In this document: piece after piece, positions 1 through 9,212 of the stretch | Numbering within the stretch: the stretch's first letter is position 1 | Layout: each line of letters opens with the position of its first letter | NCBI GenBank assembly: GCA_027492205.1 | Contig: JAOZFN010000014.1 | Span: 1-64,000 of the forward strand | Length of the DNA stretch: 64,000 bases | Direction of reading: 5' to 3' | Source: Thermoproteota archaeon | Lineage (GTDB): Archaea; Korarchaeota; Korarchaeia; Korarchaeales; Korarchaeaceae | Position numbers and translations under genes: made by a program | Notes under the pieces: generated by a model | The model's database searches: none | Told to the model about the DNA's origin: nothing | What the model saw: only the letters and a program-made list of their open reading frames with translations

Positions 1-1
1 A

Positions 2-2449
2 ATAAAATCCACAAACCCCTGCGTAGCTGGTGATGCTAGGGTGCTTACGCCCGTAGGATGGCTCCGGGCCTCTGAGATCTATCGACTATCTAAGATGACG
101 GGTCCTGTAAAGGCGGTGGCCGTCGATGGAGACGTCTTGGGCGAAGACGGTGAGCCTCAAGCCTATGAGGCGGAGCTGATAACTACTGAGGGAGATGAGG
201 TCATCTACAGAACTGCCCACGGAGATGAGTTGAGGCTCCTCGTTCCAAAGAGGGTCAGGACTTGGGTCTGGCATGTGGGAAGGAAGCAGGGACTGAGGGT
301 GATCACGGAGGAGGGATACGAATTGACGCTCACCCCGGCACACAAGGTCCTCACGCCGGATGGCTGGATAGAGGCGAAGGATCTCAAGCCTGGGGATAGG
401 ATCAAATTGGCGAGGTTGCACCCCTGGTTCTTGAATGAAGCCTATGAAGGTAGTTACGACTTGGACGAGGATGTGGCCTTCGCGTTGGGTTGGCTGGTTG
501 GTGACGGAACCCTCAACGAGCACTACGTAGCGTGGTTCTTCAGCCACGGAGATAAGGCTGCCGAGGAGAGGGTCAGGAGAGGGATAGAGAAACTCGGGGG
601 CAATCCACTCTCCCACACCTACGTACTGAGCGAGAGCGAGCACAAGGTTCAGTACAACAGGGCGACGACTGTCTACAAGAACGTCATGAAACTGATGGGT
701 CGCACGATGGACAGGAGCAGGGAGAGGCACCTGCCCGATATAGCATGGCGCCTCTCTCCTAAAGCTCTGCTAGCGTTCCTCAGGGGCTTGTTCACGGCAG
801 ACGGGTACGTGGACGCAGACAGGGCGGTGAGGCTGACTAGCGCCAGCTTGGAACTACTGAAGGAGGTACAGGTGCTGCTCACCACCATGGGAATGTACTC
901 AGCCATATACGAGAGGCCCTACGAAGGAGAGTTTCATTACACGACCAAGGATGGAGAAGAGAGGACTTACAGGGCCGATGGGTACTACGAGCTGATAGTT
1001 AAGGGCTACAGCAGAAAGATCTTCAAGGACTTGATAGGATTTGAGAGCATTGAAAAGCTAGAGAAACTTCTCTTAAGAAAGACAAAGAGGGACTCGGTGT
1101 GGGTCACTGTCTCTTCGGTTGAGGATGCCGGGTTAGTGGACTTCTACGACTTCACCGTTCCAACATATCATAACTACATCGCTAACGGTCTGATAAACCA
1201 CAACTGTGGCGAGGAGCCTCTATATCCTTATGAGTCCTGCAATCTGGGAAGCATCAACCTCTACGCCTACGTGAGGATAGACGAAGACACCGGCGCCGCC
1301 GAGTTCGACTGGGAGGCCTACGCGAGGGACGTCAGGCTGGCCCTCCACTTCTTGGACAACGTGATAGACGTGAACAAGTTCCCGCTCCCGGAGATAGAGA
1401 GGCAGACCAAGCTCACAAGGAAGGTCGGGCTGGGCCTGATGGGCCTGGCCGACGTGCTCTTCGCCCTCGGGATCCCCTACCACAGCGAGGAGGGCTTCGA
1501 GTTCATGCGCGTCGTGGCCGAGCACCTCACGTACCACGCCCTCGAGGAGTCGACTCGGCTGGCCTCGGAGAGGGGGACCTTCCCGCTCTACGAGCGCTCA
1601 GGATACGCCAGGGGCGAGTTCCCGGTCGAGGGCTACTACCACCCAGAGTGGTGGACGCTCGACTGGTCAAAGCTGGCCCGGGAGATATCCGAGAGGGGAG
1701 TCAGAAACGCTGAGGTCACGACCATAGCCCCGACGGGCTCGATCTCAATGATAGCCGACGTCTCCTCCGGGATAGAGCCGCAGTTCGCCCTAGTCTACGA
1801 GAGGAGGGTCAGCGTGGGGCAGTTCTTCTACGTCGACAGGGAGTTCGAGCGCCAGCTGAAGAGGCTCGGGCTCTACAGCGAGAGGCTGCTGAAGGAGGTC
1901 GCCGACAACGGCGGGTCGGTTCAGGACATCGAGGAGATCCCGGAGGATCTGAGGAAAGTATTCGTGGTGGCCTACGACGTGCCCTGGTGGGACCACGTAC
2001 GCGCCCAGGCCGAGATAACCAAGTGGGTCTGCGCCGCCGTGAGCAAGACCATCAACATGCCGAACTGGGTCACGGTCGATGACGTGGAGAAGGCCTACCT
2101 GTTCGCCCACAGGCTGGGGCTGAAGGGCCTCACCATATACAGGGACGGGTCGAAGGCGGCCCAGGTGCTCGTGACCCCCTCCCAGAGGAGCGGAGAGTAC
2201 GTCCTGGACGTCTCCAACGAGACCCTAGACATAATGAGGTCCCTCGGCATAGAGCCCCCGCCCCGGCGAAGGGCGCCCCCAGAGCAGGCCCGGGGTCAAC
2301 AAGCGACGTCAGCCGTGTTCAGGCCGCCTCCCAGACCCAGCTCGAACCACTTCGAGGTCTGCCCCGAATGCGGGAGCAAGAGGCTGGTGCACCGCGAGGA
2401 CTGCGTCACCTGCCTGGACTGCGGCTGGTCCGCCTGCGTGGTGACCTGA
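2..2449 (+). CDS. nrdJ: Class II (adenosylcobalamin-dependent) ribonucleotide reductase, 5'-truncated by window edge, intein-containing
   Basis: Frame open from nt 2 (IKSTNP). After intein removal it reads TNP-CGEEPL...ESCNLGSINL. Also RKVGLGLMG, TIAPTGSIS, SSGIEP, AVSKTINMP, KGLTIYRDGS and a C-terminal Zn ribbon (CPECG...CLDCGWSAC). Adjacent to cobO. Confidence 0.95.
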   Translation: MKSTNPCVAGDARVLTPVGWLRASEIYRLSKMTGPVKAVAVDGDVLGEDGEPQAYEAELITTEGDEVIYRTAHGDELRLLVPKRVRTWVWHVGRKQGLRVITEEGYELTLTPAHKVLTPDGWIEAKDLKPGDRIKLARLHPWFLNEAYEGSYDLDEDVAFALGWLVGDGTLNEHYVAWFFSHGDKAAEERVRRGIEKLGGNPLSHTYVLSESEHKVQYNRATTVYKNVMKLMGRTMDRSRERHLPDIAWRLSPKALLAFLRGLFTADGYVDADRAVRLTSASLELLKEVQVLLTTMGMYSAIYERPYEGEFHYTTKDGEERTYRADGYYELIVKGYSRKIFKDLIGFESIEKLEKLLLRKTKRDSVWVTVSSVEDAGLVDFYDFTVPTYHNYIANGLINHNCGEEPLYPYESCNLGSINLYAYVRIDEDTGAAEFDWEAYARDVRLALHFLDNVIDVNKFPLPEIERQTKLTRKVGLGLMGLADVLFALGIPYHSEEGFEFMRVVAEHLTYHALEESTRLASERGTFPLYERSGYARGEFPVEGYYHPEWWTLDWSKLAREISERGVRNAEVTTIAPTGSISMIADVSSGIEPQFALVYERRVSVGQFFYVDREFERQLKRLGLYSERLLKEVADNGGSVQDIEEIPEDLRKVFVVAYDVPWWDHVRAQAEITKWVCAAVSKTINMPNWVTVDDVEKAYLFAHRLGLKGLTIYRDGSKAAQVLVTPSQRSGEYVLDVSNETLDIMRSLGIEPPPRRRAPPEQARGQQATSAVFRPPPRPSSNHFEVCPECGSKRLVHREDCVTCLDCGWSACVVT
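20..1204 (+). mobile_element. Intein with LAGLIDADG homing endonuclease (395 aa) inside nrdJ
   Basis: Starts CVAGDARVLT, block B LTPAHKV, two LAGLIDADG-like helices (ALGWLVGDG, FLRGLFTADG), ends YIANGLINHN followed by extein Cys (TGT 1205-1207). Visibly less GC-rich than the downstream extein. Confidence 0.95.
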
Positions 2450-2458
2450 GACTGGGCG

Positions 2459-3028
2459 GTGTCCGCCTTGGGGGGGCGGGAAGGTTCGAGGAGGGGGCCG
2501 AGGTCCGGCGCCTCAGGTCTGGTCCACGTGTACACGGGCGACGGTAAGGGAAAGACCACGGCGGCCTTTGGGCTGGCCATGCGGGCCGTCGGCAGGGGGT
2601 GGAAGGTACTCATCATCCAGTTCCTGAAGGCGAGGGAGTCCGGGGAGGTCCTGGCGGCCGAGAGACTAAGGCCCGAGCTGGAGGTGAGGAGGTTCGGGAC
2701 AGAGAGGTTCATAGATCCGAGGCACCCCAGAGAGGAGGACCTGGCCGTTCTGCGGGCCGGCCTCGAGGAGGCCAGAAGGGCCCTGGCCTCCGGCGACTAC
2801 CGTCTGGTCGTACTAGACGAGATAAACGTCGTCGCCCACATGGGGCTGATTGGCGAGGACGAGATCCTAGAGGCGATCAATTCGAGGGCGGAGGGCGTTG
2901 AGGTGGTCCTGACCGGCAGGTACGCGCCTAAGTCGTTTATAGAAGCGGCCGACTACGTGACTGAGTTCAGGGAGATCAAACACCCGTTCAAGGAGGGCGT
3001 TCAGGCCAGAGAGGGCATAGAGTTCTGA
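2459..3028 (+). CDS. cobO: Cob(I)yrinic acid a,c-diamide adenosyltransferase (CobO/BtuR)
   Basis: VHVYTGDGKGKTTAAFGLAMRA, QFLK, VVLDEIN, VLTGR, KHPF..G..AREGIEF. Confidence 0.95.
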   Translation: MSALGGREGSRRGPRSGASGLVHVYTGDGKGKTTAAFGLAMRAVGRGWKVLIIQFLKARESGEVLAAERLRPELEVRRFGTERFIDPRHPREEDLAVLRAGLEEARRALASGDYRLVVLDEINVVAHMGLIGEDEILEAINSRAEGVEVVLTGRYAPKSFIEAADYVTEFREIKHPFKEGVQAREGIEF

Positions 3029-3611
3029 GGGCCCCTCGCGGAAACTTGGCGACCTGGCGTACCGTCTCGCGGGAGCCAGGAGGGGAAAGAGGCCCTGTCA
3101 AAGCGTCCTGACTAGCAGTAACGCCTAGCCAGCGGCGAGCCTGTCAAAGGGATGTGCCGAAGTCGAGCCCGTAGGCCGCACACCTGAAGGTCATCCCCTC
3201 GTAGGTGGGCGTCTTGTACAGGCGGAGGACTACACGAGGTCAACGGCTGAGAGTTCTGCGGTGCTGGGGGGCGACCTTGGCACGGGGACCAGGTGAGAGT
3301 CCAAACTCCTCCTTGTAGCTGGCCGAGTAGGCGATTAGGGATACCGGCGGCGAGGGAGGCGTCAGTCTAACCCCTGCTGACATCCCTTCCTGCGAGACGC
3401 TCAGTCCCGAGATGGCCGAGGCCATCTCGCGCAGGGCTGGCGGACGGGTCGCGCGCCCGGGGCTCCCGGCCCCTTGGGATCCCTGGCTAGCTAGCCGATT
3501 CTGATGGGCTAACTCGCCTTCTTCGAGCCTCAATCGTCTAGACAGGTGCCCCCCACATCCTCAGCGCGTGCTGCCCCCCTTCTTCTCGCGCCGGGCCGTT
3601 TTGATCTAAAG

Positions 3612-3640
3612 TTAAATAGAGGTAACAGTTCTGTTACCTC
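3612..3640 (+). promoter_or_regulatory. TATA box plus perfect inverted-repeat operator upstream of the AbiEi gene
   Basis: TTAAATA (3612-3618), immediately followed by GAGGTAACAG-TT-CTGTTACCTC (3619-3640), a perfect 10-bp inverted repeat. Confidence 0.7.
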
Positions 3641-3643
3641 GAT

Positions 3644-4219
3644 GTGATTATGCGTCTCTACGAGATGAGGGAGGCCCTCCTGAGGTCGGGCAGGGCGGTG
3701 TTCACCACCCGCCAGCTGTCCGTGGTCCTTGGGGTTCCCAGGGAACACGCCAAGGTCTACGCCCACAGGCTCGTCTCCAGGGGCTGGGCCTGGAGGCCGA
3801 TGAGGGGGCGCATAGCCGTAGCGGACGACGACTTCGCCCTGGCCACGCAGCTCGTGGAGCCGTCGTACGTCACGACCCACGCCGCCCTGCACTTCAGGGG
3901 CCTTCTCGACCAGGTGCCGAGGGAGGTGGAGTGCGCCACCACCAGGCTCAGCATCAGGCTGGACCGCCTCGGGATCAGGTACAGGAGGGTCCACCCCTCG
4001 CTGTTCTTCGGGTACGAGAGGGTGGAGAGGGGCATCAGCTACGCCTTCGTCGCCTCGCCTGAGAAGGCCCTGCTGGACGCGGTGTACTTCGGGTACTCCC
4101 CGACAGAGTGGGGCTTCGCCGACCTCGACACGCTCAGGAGGATGGCCGGGGCCTACGAGAGGCTGGGCACGCCGAGGGCCAGGAGGGTCGTCAGGTGGGT
4201 GAGGGAGGTTGCTGGGTAG
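3644..4219 (+). CDS. Type IV TA antitoxin, AbiEi-like transcriptional regulator
   Basis: N-terminal wHTH, PSYVTTHAALHFRGL, ASPEKALLD motif; overlaps the AbiEii gene. Confidence 0.88.
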   Translation: MIMRLYEMREALLRSGRAVFTTRQLSVVLGVPREHAKVYAHRLVSRGWAWRPMRGRIAVADDDFALATQLVEPSYVTTHAALHFRGLLDQVPREVECATTRLSIRLDRLGIRYRRVHPSLFFGYERVERGISYAFVASPEKALLDAVYFGYSPTEWGFADLDTLRRMAGAYERLGTPRARRVVRWVREVAG

Positions 4220-4991
4220 GGAGGAGATCCTGAGGCTGGCGAGGGCCAGGGGGCTGAGGCCCTGGCAGGAGGAGAAGAGGTACGTCCAGGCGCTCGTCCT
4301 GTACGCGGTGAGCGACTGGCCTGTCGTTATGAAGGGTGGAACATATCTCTGGCTCTTCCACGGCCTCAACAGGTTCTCCGAGGACCTGGACTTCACCGAG
4401 CTCGAGCCCATCGACGCCGAAGCTCTTGAGGAGTTGAGCCTGACCCTGGAGCTCTTCGGCCTCAGGAACAGGGCGAGGGTCCTGAAGGACGATGACTACA
4501 CGCTGTCCTTCAGGGTCAGCGCGTACGGCCCTCTCCACACGTCCGAGAAGGACCTGACCCACGTCAGGGTGGACGTTAGCAGGAGGGAGTCCGTGATCCT
4601 GGACCCTATCCCGGTCAGGCTGGACGAGCCGCGCTACGGGATCCCCCTGACCTTCCTCAGGGGGATGGACCTCAGGGAGGTCCTGGCCGAGAAGCTGAGG
4701 GCCCTGCTGGTGAGGGGTAGGGCCCGCGACCTGTACGACATCTGGTTCCTGGTGAGGAGGGGCGTCGAGGTCGACCCCACGTTGCTCAGGGGGAAGCTCT
4801 CGTTCTACGGCATAGAAGACGCCTCGGCCGTCTTGAGGAGGATCAGGGGGCTGGAGAGGGGCTGGAGGTCGGAGATCGGTCCGCTGGTGCTCGGCGACCT
4901 CCCATCATTTCAGGAGGTGAGAGACGAGGTCCTCGCGGCGCTGAGTGGGTTCACCCGAGGAGGCGAGGGTCAGGAGGGTCAGCGGGCCTGA
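4209..4991 (+). CDS. Type IV TA toxin, AbiEii/AbiGii nucleotidyltransferase
   Basis: KGGTYL...RFSEDLDF, EVLAEKLRAL, RARDLYDI. Confidence 0.92.
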   Translation: MLGREEILRLARARGLRPWQEEKRYVQALVLYAVSDWPVVMKGGTYLWLFHGLNRFSEDLDFTELEPIDAEALEELSLTLELFGLRNRARVLKDDDYTLSFRVSAYGPLHTSEKDLTHVRVDVSRRESVILDPIPVRLDEPRYGIPLTFLRGMDLREVLAEKLRALLVRGRARDLYDIWFLVRRGVEVDPTLLRGKLSFYGIEDASAVLRRIRGLERGWRSEIGPLVLGDLPSFQEVRDEVLAALSGFTRGGEGQEGQRA

Positions 4992-5424
4992 CGGCCTCGA
5001 CCTTGCTCTGGGACTCCCTGCTCGGACCTCAATCGCACGGCCAGGCTCGCGGCGGACGCGGTGCTCAGGGGGATGGAGGAGGGCTGGCCCAGGTCGAGGA
5101 AGTAGGAGTACGACCAAGTCCCTACGGCCCCGAGAGGGTGAGCTTCACCCACCTGGGGTCGTCTACGGGCCTATGGGCCCGTAGACCGCTTGAGTCCAGA
5201 GGAGCTGCCTCCCTCGCGAACGCCCCCGTCAGGCCTCATTATGCCGACCTGCGGCTAGGACGACTCTATAACGGCGATCGGCGCTACAACCAGAGAGACT
5301 TCGGCCATCGCTCCTTTATGCGCCCAGGCTCGGTAAATCTCAGGCCCACCAGGTGTTGAAAAACCTGGGGCCAAGGTCGCGCGTAATATAGGGCAGACGC
5401 GCCGAGCTCGTTGAGGGGAGCGCG

Positions 5425-6762
5425 CTGCGGTACGACACGGTGATCGTGAGGTACGGGGAGCTCTGGACGAAGTCCGAGGTGACCAGGAGGAGGATGGAGT
5501 CAGCCCTGCTGAAAAACATCAGGACCGCCCTTTCTGGATTCCAGTTTGAGATCCGGAGGTGGAGGGGCAGGATCTTCGTGGACTCCCGGCAGGCAGAGTT
5601 GGCGGCCGACAGGCTCTCGCGCGTCTTTGGGGTCGCCTCGGTCAGCCCGGCCTCGACCGTGGAGAAGGACTTGGAGGCCATTTCACTGGCGGCCTTGGAG
5701 TTAGCCAGGGAGAGGATAAGTCCGGGGGATTCGTTCGCCGTCAGGGCCCACAGGGCTGACAAGAAGTTCCCCCTGACCTCCCCCGAGATCCAGAGGAGGG
5801 TCGGTGGGAGGATAAAGGCCGAATCTGGGGCGAGGGTCGACCTGAAATCGCCCGATGTCGAGATTTGGATCGAGATATCGGACAGGGCGTATGTCTACGA
5901 TCGGATCATTAGGGGGCCGGGGGGCCTGCCCTACGGGACTCAGGGGAGAGCCGTCATGCTCTTCTCCGGCGGGATAGACAGCCCCGTCGCCGCCTGGATG
6001 GTGGCCAGGCGAGGGGTCCGGCTGGACTTCCTCTTCTTCAACCCCGGCGTCCCAGAGGCAGAGGAACACGCCCACCGCGTGTACAGCTACCTCAGGGACC
6101 GGTGGTACGTGAGCGGGGAGTTCTATGTTTACGACGGCTCAGAGGTCGCGTGGCAGATCCTGAGCAGGGTGAGGGAGGGCCTTAGACAGGTTGTCCTCAA
6201 GAGGGTTATGTACCGACTGGCGCAGGAGCTGGCCCGCAGGACGGGGGCCCTGGCCATCGTGACGGGCGAGAGCATAGGCCAGGTGTCCTCCCAGACCCTG
6301 ACCAATCTAGCGGTGATAGAGGAGTCCGTTGAGATCCCTGTGATCAGGCCGCTGGCTGGCTTGGACAAGGACGAGACCGTGAGTTGGGCGAGGAGGATCG
6401 GGACATACGACCTCTCCATCCAGATCAGGGAGTTCTGCTCGCTTGAGAGGCACTCGAACGCGTCGGCGACGCTCGAGGAGGTCTTCAGAGAGGAGGAGAA
6501 ACTCAAGTTCGATCCCTCAAACGCGGAGTTCAGGGGATACTCTCCCGCTCCTGTGGAGAAGGCTCCGCCGCCCGCCGAGGTGGTTGTGATCAACCTGGAG
6601 AGGGAGCAGGTTAGCCTCGACGAGCTGAGGCCCGGGAGACCCTATGTGTTCGTCTGCCGGGCCGGGGTGTCCGCCAAGCTGTACGCCGAGAAGGCGCGTG
6701 AGAGGGGGGTAGAGGCCTACGCCCTGAGCGAGGAGGAGGCCAGGGAGCTGGGGCTGCTGTGA
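5425..6762 (+). CDS. thiI: tRNA 4-thiouridine synthase ThiI with C-terminal rhodanese-like domain
   Basis: IVRYGELWTK, THUMP domain, GGLPYGTQG, PP-loop SGGIDS, TGESIGQVSSQT, RPL, C-terminal FVCRAG. Probable CTG start at 5425 (MRYDTVIVRYGE) behind GAGGGG. Confidence 0.92.
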   Translation: MRYDTVIVRYGELWTKSEVTRRRMESALLKNIRTALSGFQFEIRRWRGRIFVDSRQAELAADRLSRVFGVASVSPASTVEKDLEAISLAALELARERISPGDSFAVRAHRADKKFPLTSPEIQRRVGGRIKAESGARVDLKSPDVEIWIEISDRAYVYDRIIRGPGGLPYGTQGRAVMLFSGGIDSPVAAWMVARRGVRLDFLFFNPGVPEAEEHAHRVYSYLRDRWYVSGEFYVYDGSEVAWQILSRVREGLRQVVLKRVMYRLAQELARRTGALAIVTGESIGQVSSQTLTNLAVIEESVEIPVIRPLAGLDKDETVSWARRIGTYDLSIQIREFCSLERHSNASATLEEVFREEEKLKFDPSNAEFRGYSPAPVEKAPPPAEVVVINLEREQVSLDELRPGRPYVFVCRAGVSAKLYAEKARERGVEAYALSEEEARELGLL

Positions 6763-6799
6763 GAAGCGGCAAGGTTCCAACATCCTCCGTGGAGATCGC

Positions 6800-7132
6800 C
6801 ATCTCGGAATCCAGGTCTCGCCTGCCCAGCCTCTCTAAGAACCTCTTCAGAGATCTGTCCTCCGACAGGAACCTCCCGCCAATGGCCACGGCGCAGCCGT
6901 GGCCTAAGCAGTCGAAGAGGTCCCTGTGGCCAGCCAACCTGAGTTCGGCGGCCACCAGCAGCTGTCTGGAGGTTGGCTCGGCTAGTCCCACATCTCCTGA
7001 CAACTTCTTTGATCCTTTTGGCGTATCTAAGGGGATCTTCGAGTACTCTTCCACTCTCTGACTCTCTCGGCCTCCAGCTCCACTAGGCTCGAGTACCTCC
7101 CACGCATCCGAGTACCTCCAACACCCCCCCAA
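6800..7132 (-). pseudogene. Degraded PIN-domain (VapC-like) gene
   Basis: PIN C-terminal signature AAELRLAGHRDLFDCLGHGCAVAIGGRFLSEDRSL is retained. The N-terminal catalytic DT motif is not recognisable and the frame runs on antisense into thiI. Confidence 0.55.
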
Positions 7133-7201
7133 ACCTCAGCACCTTCCCTGCTATCTCTCTATCGTAAGAGAGTCTTTTATCCCAGACAGCCCTTCCACTA
7201 T

Positions 7202-8011
7202 GTGCCTCACGGGTCGGACTGGGTCCCTGAGCTATTCTTGAGGCGACCCGAGCTCTTCCTGCGGGTAATGGAACGAGAGGAGATGCTGCGGAGGGGAGAG
7301 AGGCTGGCCAAGGCGATCTCCGACCTGTTGAGGGAGAGGGGGATGGAGGGGGCCAGGCTCCTCGATGTGGGGTGTGGGATAGGGAGAGTTGCGATTCCCC
7401 TAGCCAGGCTCGGGTTCTCGGTGGTAGGCTTGGACATCTCTCCGCTCTACGTGCAGAGGGCTATGGAGAGGGCTGAGAGGGAGGGCGTTGCTGAGTCAAC
7501 CCGCTTCTTGGAGGGGGACGCCAGGTCCATGGTCGATGTGCTCGGAGAGCACTCCCCGTTCGACGCCGTGCTCTTCGTCTGGACCTCCGTCCTGGGATAC
7601 TACGACGAGGAGACCGACTTGGAGGTCCTGAGGCAGGCCAGGAGACTGACTAGGCGGGGTGGGCTGCTGCTGATAGTGGACACGGCGAACCAAGACCACA
7701 CGGCATTCGCCGCGTCGTTCTGCGGGCGTTCGCTCTTCTCTGATTTCGGGGACTTTGCCGTGGTCGAGGAGAGCGAGTACGACCCCAAGAGATCCCGCGT
7801 CAGGACAAAGTGGACCTACTACGAGAGGCGGGGGAGGGATCTCAAGTACGTTGGGGAGGCCGGGTACGACGTAAGGGTTTACGCCCTGCACGAGCTTGTC
7901 GCCCTAGCAGAGCGCGCCGGATGGAAGTTCCAAGAGGCGTTCAGGAACCTCGAGTTGAGGACACAGTTCAGACCGGTTGGCCCCCTAAATGCCATCTTCG
8001 AGGCGGTCTGA
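7202..8011 (+). CDS. Class I SAM-dependent methyltransferase
   Basis: LLDVGCGIGR, GLDIS, EGDAR, TSVLGY. Confidence 0.9.
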   Translation: MPHGSDWVPELFLRRPELFLRVMEREEMLRRGERLAKAISDLLRERGMEGARLLDVGCGIGRVAIPLARLGFSVVGLDISPLYVQRAMERAEREGVAESTRFLEGDARSMVDVLGEHSPFDAVLFVWTSVLGYYDEETDLEVLRQARRLTRRGGLLLIVDTANQDHTAFAASFCGRSLFSDFGDFAVVEESEYDPKRSRVRTKWTYYERRGRDLKYVGEAGYDVRVYALHELVALAERAGWKFQEAFRNLELRTQFRPVGPLNAIFEAV

Positions 8012-8075
8012 GCGGCGCGGGAACGGTGGGCGAATCCAGCAGGGGGCAGGCCCTCGGGAGGAGGCGCGTGTAAAC

Positions 8076-9149
8076 TCAGGGGATTATCTCGGTCGTGTTG
8101 TTGAACCCGGGGTAGTCCACCTCACGCCGGCGGATCACGCCCGCCTGCAGGAGTTCCTCGACCTCGGGCGCGATCCCCAGGACCTCGTCTATGAGGTGCC
8201 TGGTGAGTTCACAGACCTTTCTGAACCCTTCACCCCCCCACATCCTCTCCCTGTATGCGTAGAGGCACCTCCCACCGCAGTACCTGTAGTAGGGACAGGA
8301 CGTGCACGGCTCACCTATGAGAACCGAGTCCCTCAGCTCCTCCGGACCTCGGACCCGCCCCACCCTGCCGACCACCGCCCAGCTCTCCTGCACCGCTATT
8401 GGGCAGGCGAGTATCCTGCCGTCTGTGGAGATCGCGAAGGCGTCCCGGCCGGCGCCGCAGGGCAGCCTGAATCCTCCACCGAAGAGCCTCACCCTCAGCA
8501 CGCCGAGGATCGGCACTATTCCGAGCACCCTGCCCCGGCGGGCCTCATCGATCCAGAGGTCGACGAGCCTGCTCAGGCCCTCCTTGTACCGCCCCGCCCA
8601 ACCGTCGAAGTCCTCCCACCCGTCGCTCCACACCACGTCAAGCTGCCAGTGGACGTGGTCGAACAGCCCAAGCTCCAGGAGGTGCGTCACGTCCCTGTAC
8701 ACATCCCCCCGCTCCGAGAGGGCCATCCGTGCGATCAGATCGCCAGAAAACCCGACTCGCCTGAGCCACTTGGCGGACGTGAGGACGGAATCGTAGACGC
8801 CCCTCCCCCGGTAGAAGTCCGTCACCTCCCTGACGCCGTCGATGGACAGCAGCACGGCGTCGAACCTCCTCCAGTACTCAGGCTCGAGGGACCTCACCGA
8901 GATGCCGTTGGTCTGAATGACGAACCTCCTCGCCCTGACGTTGTCCATCACCATCCTGATGAACTCGGGGTTTAGGAGGGGCTCCCCGCCGTAGAACGCG
9001 ACCACCGCATCTGGATCCGATTCCACCAGCCGCCTGAGGTCCTCGAGCTCGTACTGGACCTCCCAGGGCACTATCGCTGGCGGGAAGCTGCCCCCACAGT
9101 ACTTGCAGCTCAGGTTGCACCGCCCGGTGGTGAGCACGATGTAGAGCAC
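8076..9149 (-). CDS. Radical SAM/SPASM protein (AF0577/TIGR04084-like)
   Basis: CNLSCKYC, FYGGEPLL, QTNG, LSIDG, SPASM CGAG...ACP...CTSCPYYRYCGGRC...C; ends NNTTEIIP. Confidence 0.9.
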   Translation of the reverse strand: MLYIVLTTGRCNLSCKYCGGSFPPAIVPWEVQYELEDLRRLVESDPDAVVAFYGGEPLLNPEFIRMVMDNVRARRFVIQTNGISVRSLEPEYWRRFDAVLLSIDGVREVTDFYRGRGVYDSVLTSAKWLRRVGFSGDLIARMALSERGDVYRDVTHLLELGLFDHVHWQLDVVWSDGWEDFDGWAGRYKEGLSRLVDLWIDEARRGRVLGIVPILGVLRVRLFGGGFRLPCGAGRDAFAISTDGRILACPIAVQESWAVVGRVGRVRGPEELRDSVLIGEPCTSCPYYRYCGGRCLYAYRERMWGGEGFRKVCELTRHLIDEVLGIAPEVEELLQAGVIRRREVDYPGFNNTTEIIP

Positions 9150-9212
9150 GTCGCCCGGTCCTGTGAGACCCCTATGTTAAACTCTCTCCACACCCAGCGA
9201 GTCTGAAACTCC

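Noticed and set aside
3029-3600. 570-nt gap after cobO considered as cobalamin riboswitch, RNase P or SRP RNA
   Set aside because: No B12-box, GAGGAAAGUCC or SRP helix-8 motif seen, and it lies 3' of the B12 genes. It looks like unidentifiable decayed coding sequence.
5161-5186. 11-bp hairpin GTCTACGGGCC-TATG-GGCCCGTAGAC
   Set aside because: Single copy with no U-tract, transposase or second copy seen; function cannot be supported.
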